From Bugula neritina (lineage: Eukaryota; Animalia; Bryozoa), in assembly GCA_964035545.1 (NCBI GenBank), contig OZ037769.1, positions 10,384,633 to 10,448,632 of the forward strand: a stretch of 64,000 nt of DNA, given 5' to 3'. The notes beneath the pieces are model-generated. The model was not told the DNA's origin. It saw only the letters and a list, made by a program, of their open reading frames with translations, and made no database searches. A program made the translations under genes and the position numbers. This document shows, piece by piece, positions 63,801-64,000 of this stretch (its first letter is position 1; each line of letters opens with the position of its first letter).

Positions 63801-64000
63801 CAAGAACGAGTACGCCTGCGTTGAGCATGAGGTGCAGCTTCAGTATCACGCTCTGCAATTGATTTAGAGCTACCCGGGTTATCTGAGAGAGTTGAAGTGG
63901 TGCTTTTATTATCAGCAGCATTTCTAAGCAGTTTTCCTTTATTTAGTGTTGCACCACAACCACTGTAGTTGAATAACAATGTTTTTGCGGTTTCTTTGAG
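54879..64000 (-). CDS. NOL9: Polynucleotide 5'-hydroxyl kinase NOL9/Grc3 (5' end outside the window)
   Basis: Phase-consistent exons: 63388->64000, 62265-62381, 61764-61942, 60810-60930, 60174-60261, 59764-59864, 59138-59314, 57900-58060, 57128-57189, 56721-56949, 55902-56114, 54879-54983 (TGA). Motifs VVVCGAKNTGKST (Walker A), HLDCDPGQCEFSPPG, LLVNTMGW.QGLG and GYGLVRAVD..LYISTP are characteristic of NOL9/Clp1-family kinases; the long N-terminus fits NOL9. Confidence 0.9.
55005..55105. repeat. 21-bp tandem repeat, ~4.5 copies
   Basis: TTTATTAGAATATACTATACA units just upstream of the last NOL9 acceptor. Confidence 0.85.
57195..57305. repeat. ~18-bp tandem repeat (ATAATATTATATACAGGT)
   Basis: Direct reading; abuts the acceptor at 57189. 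Confidence 0.85.
58028..58210. repeat. 58-bp tandem repeat triplicating a NOL9 acceptor and exon start
   Basis: Minus-strand GTCGTAG|GTTTGGGACTACAC occurs at 58060, 58118 and 58176. Confidence 0.92.
58296..58520 (-). mobile_element. tRNA-derived SINE
   Basis: A box TGGTCTAGAGG and B box GGTTCGATCC (58455-58464), then GTTAGGAAGAGCAT resembling a conserved SINE central domain. A 16-bp TSD AAGCTTCATACTTGCA is present (left 58280-58295; right copy split by the MITE). Confidence 0.8.
58529..58983. mobile_element. MITE copy 2 (possibly Harbinger/Tourist type)
   Basis: TIRs AGTTGCAATTATACCT / AGGTATAAACACAACT with 3-bp flanks TAA/TCA; homologous to 25917-26356. Confidence 0.8.
59610..59690. repeat. 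~22-bp tandem repeat (AGCAGTATTAGTGCAGTAGTAT)
   Basis: Direct reading. Confidence 0.8.
62575..63095. repeat. 12-bp minisatellite (GTATAGTACAGA), ~42 copies
   Basis: Direct reading; NOL9 intron. Confidence 0.97.

Overview
AT-rich eukaryotic (animal, probably invertebrate; this is inference) genomic DNA with GT-AG introns. The left half (1-31.4 kb) is a transposon-rich block. It holds a Harbinger transposase relic, a Gypsy pol relic, a ~3.4-copy tandem array of a ~1455-bp unit carrying a tRNA-derived head, one clear and one candidate solo LTR, and three full-length Ty3/Gypsy LTR retrotransposons. Gypsy-A spans 14250-25898 (+), Gypsy-B (18347-25803, -) is nested in the 3' LTR of A, and Gypsy-C spans 26522-31349 (-); all three have target-site duplications (TSDs) and in-frame nonsense codons in pol. 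The right half holds two minus-strand multi-exon host genes, an SLC6 monoamine (DAT/NET/octopamine-type) transporter and NOL9, whose introns carry many different minisatellites, MITEs and a SINE. Four observations stand out. (1) Gypsy-A has no canonical primer-binding site (PBS); the 12 nt after its LTR are complementary to the 5' end (nt 1-12) of tRNA-Phe. (2) Gypsy-B carries an intact extra ORF at the env position encoding a C2H2 zinc-finger/PxVxL/coiled-coil protein. (3) Minisatellites repeatedly abut exon boundaries and sometimes multiply the splice acceptor itself. (4) The tRNA-headed 1.45-kb array shows ABAB higher-order structure. All calls are by eye, with no database searches.
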